Shown here: positions 62,131 to 64,000 of the stretch, piece after piece
Layout of the letters: each line of letters opens with the position of its first letter
How positions within the stretch are numbered: the stretch's first letter is position 1
Origin: Podarcis erhardii
Taxonomy: Eukaryota
Strand: one strand, 5' to 3'
NCBI GenBank assembly: GCA_964252035.1
Contig: OZ176207.1
DNA: 64,000 nt
Notes under the pieces: generated by a model
Told to the model about the DNA's origin: nothing
Database searches by the model: none
What the model saw: the letters and a program-made list of their open reading frames with translations, nothing else
Translations under genes and position numbers: made by a program

Positions 62131-62327
62131 AGCAAATGCAAGTACTGATGATCTGTTATAAATTACCTGGCTATAACTGAGCAAATGTTGACTGACCTGG
62201 ATAGAAAGGAGTCAATGCCGGTCCTTTTACATTGAGGATCGAAGGTTTTCCAATGAAGGAAGAGGCAGATTTTTTATCTAGTCAGAGGGAGGAGCGTGTC
62301 CTTTCAGAAATGGTCTTGTTAGTCAAT

Positions 62328-62342
62328 GGCTCCCCCTTGTGT
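62328..62342 (-). promoter_or_regulatory. CSE/pCBS, CpG-less variant
   Basis: ACACAAGGGGGAGCC, 198 bp upstream of ATG 62130; fits the CTCF core CCACYAGRKGGCGC with A at position 12. Confidence 0.7.
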
Positions 62343-63083
62343 TGAAATGTTTTTGGTTGCATAGTATTTCTTCTGACTAGCAGAATAAATGTATTCTTCT
62401 GCTACATAATGTTTAGTTTATTTTTCAAAATAGAACTTTTGAAACTCCAGGTAAACTAGGCTTCTTAAAATAAGAACAGAAAGATATTCCACTAAGTATA
62501 GGAATTTTAAAATATATAATGGCTTATTCCTTCAGAAGAGTAACTATTACCCATACAGCTCTTTGTACTGTTTCTATTTTACAATGCTGGCCCTACTCAG
62601 AGTAGACCCATTTAAAGTGCAAGGTCTCCCCTTCATGTGAGCTGTCTATATATAGTTGAATGTCATAATAGCCTCGAGTTCCCTGCCCAGAAGCAGGGAT
62701 GTTTCTTGAAAGCTTCATTTGAAATGGATTCCACAATCTGTCCAGGCAATCTAACAAAATGAGATTAAATTTTGTTTCACGTATGACAAACATAAGCAGT
62801 TTCTTCCTTCTCATTTAGATATGATTTCTTTCAAGACTTTTCATACTCCTGCTTGTTGTCCTCTAGAACATTCCAAATTTGGTGGGATCCTTATCCAATT
62901 CTGATACAAAGAACTGAACCCCAGTCTCCCATTAATCAAGGCACTGGTTTTGACCTCTGACTTGTGTTTTTGTGCTGTATTTATATATATATTTGCTTTT
63001 ATTGTTGTTGAATTTTAAATGTTTTAATTGCTATGACCTGCCCTGAGAACTTTGTTATATAGGATAGTCAATAAATAATGGTA

Positions 63084-63431
63084 CAGTGGTGCCCCGCAAG
63101 ATGAATGCCTCGCAAGACGGAAAACTCACTAGATGAAAGAGTTTTCAGTTTTGGAGGTGCTTCGCAAAACGAATTTCCTATGGGCTTGCTTCGCAAGACA
63201 AAAATGTCTTGCGAGTTCCTGCGGGGTTTTTTCCCTCCCCCCCCCTTTTTCTAAGCCGCTAAGCCGCTTATCTGCTTATCCGATAAGCCGCTAAAAGCCG
63301 CTAAAAGCCGCTAAAAGCCGCTAATAGCGCTAATCTGCTAAGCCGTCAATGGGCTTGCTTCGCAAGACGAAAAAACCGCTAGACGGAGAGACTCGCGGAA
63401 CGGATTCTTTTCGTCTTGCGAGGCACCACTG
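63084..63431. mobile_element. Tigger-like MITE, second family, nested in an L2-type tail
   Basis: TIRs CAGTGGTGCC(C/T)CGCAAGA with TA flanks and internal (AAGCCGCTAA)-like repeats. Confidence 0.88.
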
Positions 63432-63644
63432 TAAGTAAATAAATAAATAAAATAATGAAGTAGATTGAATATTGGGTTTGTGGTTTACTGTGAAGCATTT
63501 CCACTTTTGTGATCATTGCTACAATCCTATGCATTCTTACTTAGAAGTAAGCTACTAATTTCTGAAACTAATGCATTGGCAATAAATGTTGTAAATAAGG
63601 CATCATATTGAGAATTCTGGTGCTCTTGGATGGAACTATCTTGG

Positions 63645-64000
63645 CCCATTCCAGTCTGGGTCCAGGCTTGATTTGGGGACAGAATCAGTCATGGTTGCCC
63701 TAATAGATTATCTCCTTTGGGAAAAGGACAAAGAAATAGGATTCCGTGGATTCTCCTGGATCTCTCCATGGCTTTTGATACCATGGACCATAGTGTCCTC
63801 CTGGACCACCTCCATGTTTTGAGGACTGAATGCACTGTTTAATGGTGATGCCACTTCTACTTGTGGGGTCGGTTCCAGAATCATATTGGGTGACTGTGCC
63901 TCAGCCCCGTGGCAGTTGATCTGTGGAATCCCACAGGACACAATTTCTTCCTCAATGCTATTTAATAGCTATATGAAACCAATGGGGATAGTCATTAGGA
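63645..64000 (+). mobile_element. Old L2 RT fragment running off the window
   Basis: PFQSG..GTESVMVALID..LLDLSMAFDTMDHSVLLDHL. Confidence 0.8.

Noticed and set aside
11049-62184. ORF-track N-terminal extensions of the Pcdh ORFs (starts 13562, 43098, 51823, 62184)
   Set aside because: These codons are GTG or TTG. Downstream ATGs give normal signal peptides directly before Q(L/V)xYS.

Overview
Squamate genomic DNA, probably a lacertid lizard judging by the Podarcis-type Sauria SINE and the L2/CR1/Tigger-like MITE repertoire. The window covers the 3' end of the clustered protocadherin-alpha variable region, transcribed on the minus strand. It holds four intact alternate alpha variable exons (62130-59755, 51772-49400, 43014-40645, 35522-33153), a gap of about 20 kb, and the C-type exon PCDHAC1 (13499-11070) under a CpG island. 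Each exon ends in a phase-0 GT donor; alphaC2, the constant exons and the HS5-1 enhancer lie outside the window. The rest is mostly LINE, SINE and MITE debris. Main leads: (1) The promoter and exonic CTCF-site positions that govern methylation-dependent promoter choice in mammals are recognisable, but only 1 of the 8 retains a CpG, one exon has lost its exonic site through a coding change, and the alternate promoters are CpG-poor. (2) A second CpG island with a CCAAT/X-box/CRE module and paired splice signals suggests an unannotated antisense multi-exon transcript between alphaC1 and the last alternate exon. (3) The paralogues show patchwork gene conversion. (4) EC5/EC6 differ from mammalian alpha isoforms. 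All comparisons were made by eye, and mammalian reference sequences are recalled rather than aligned.
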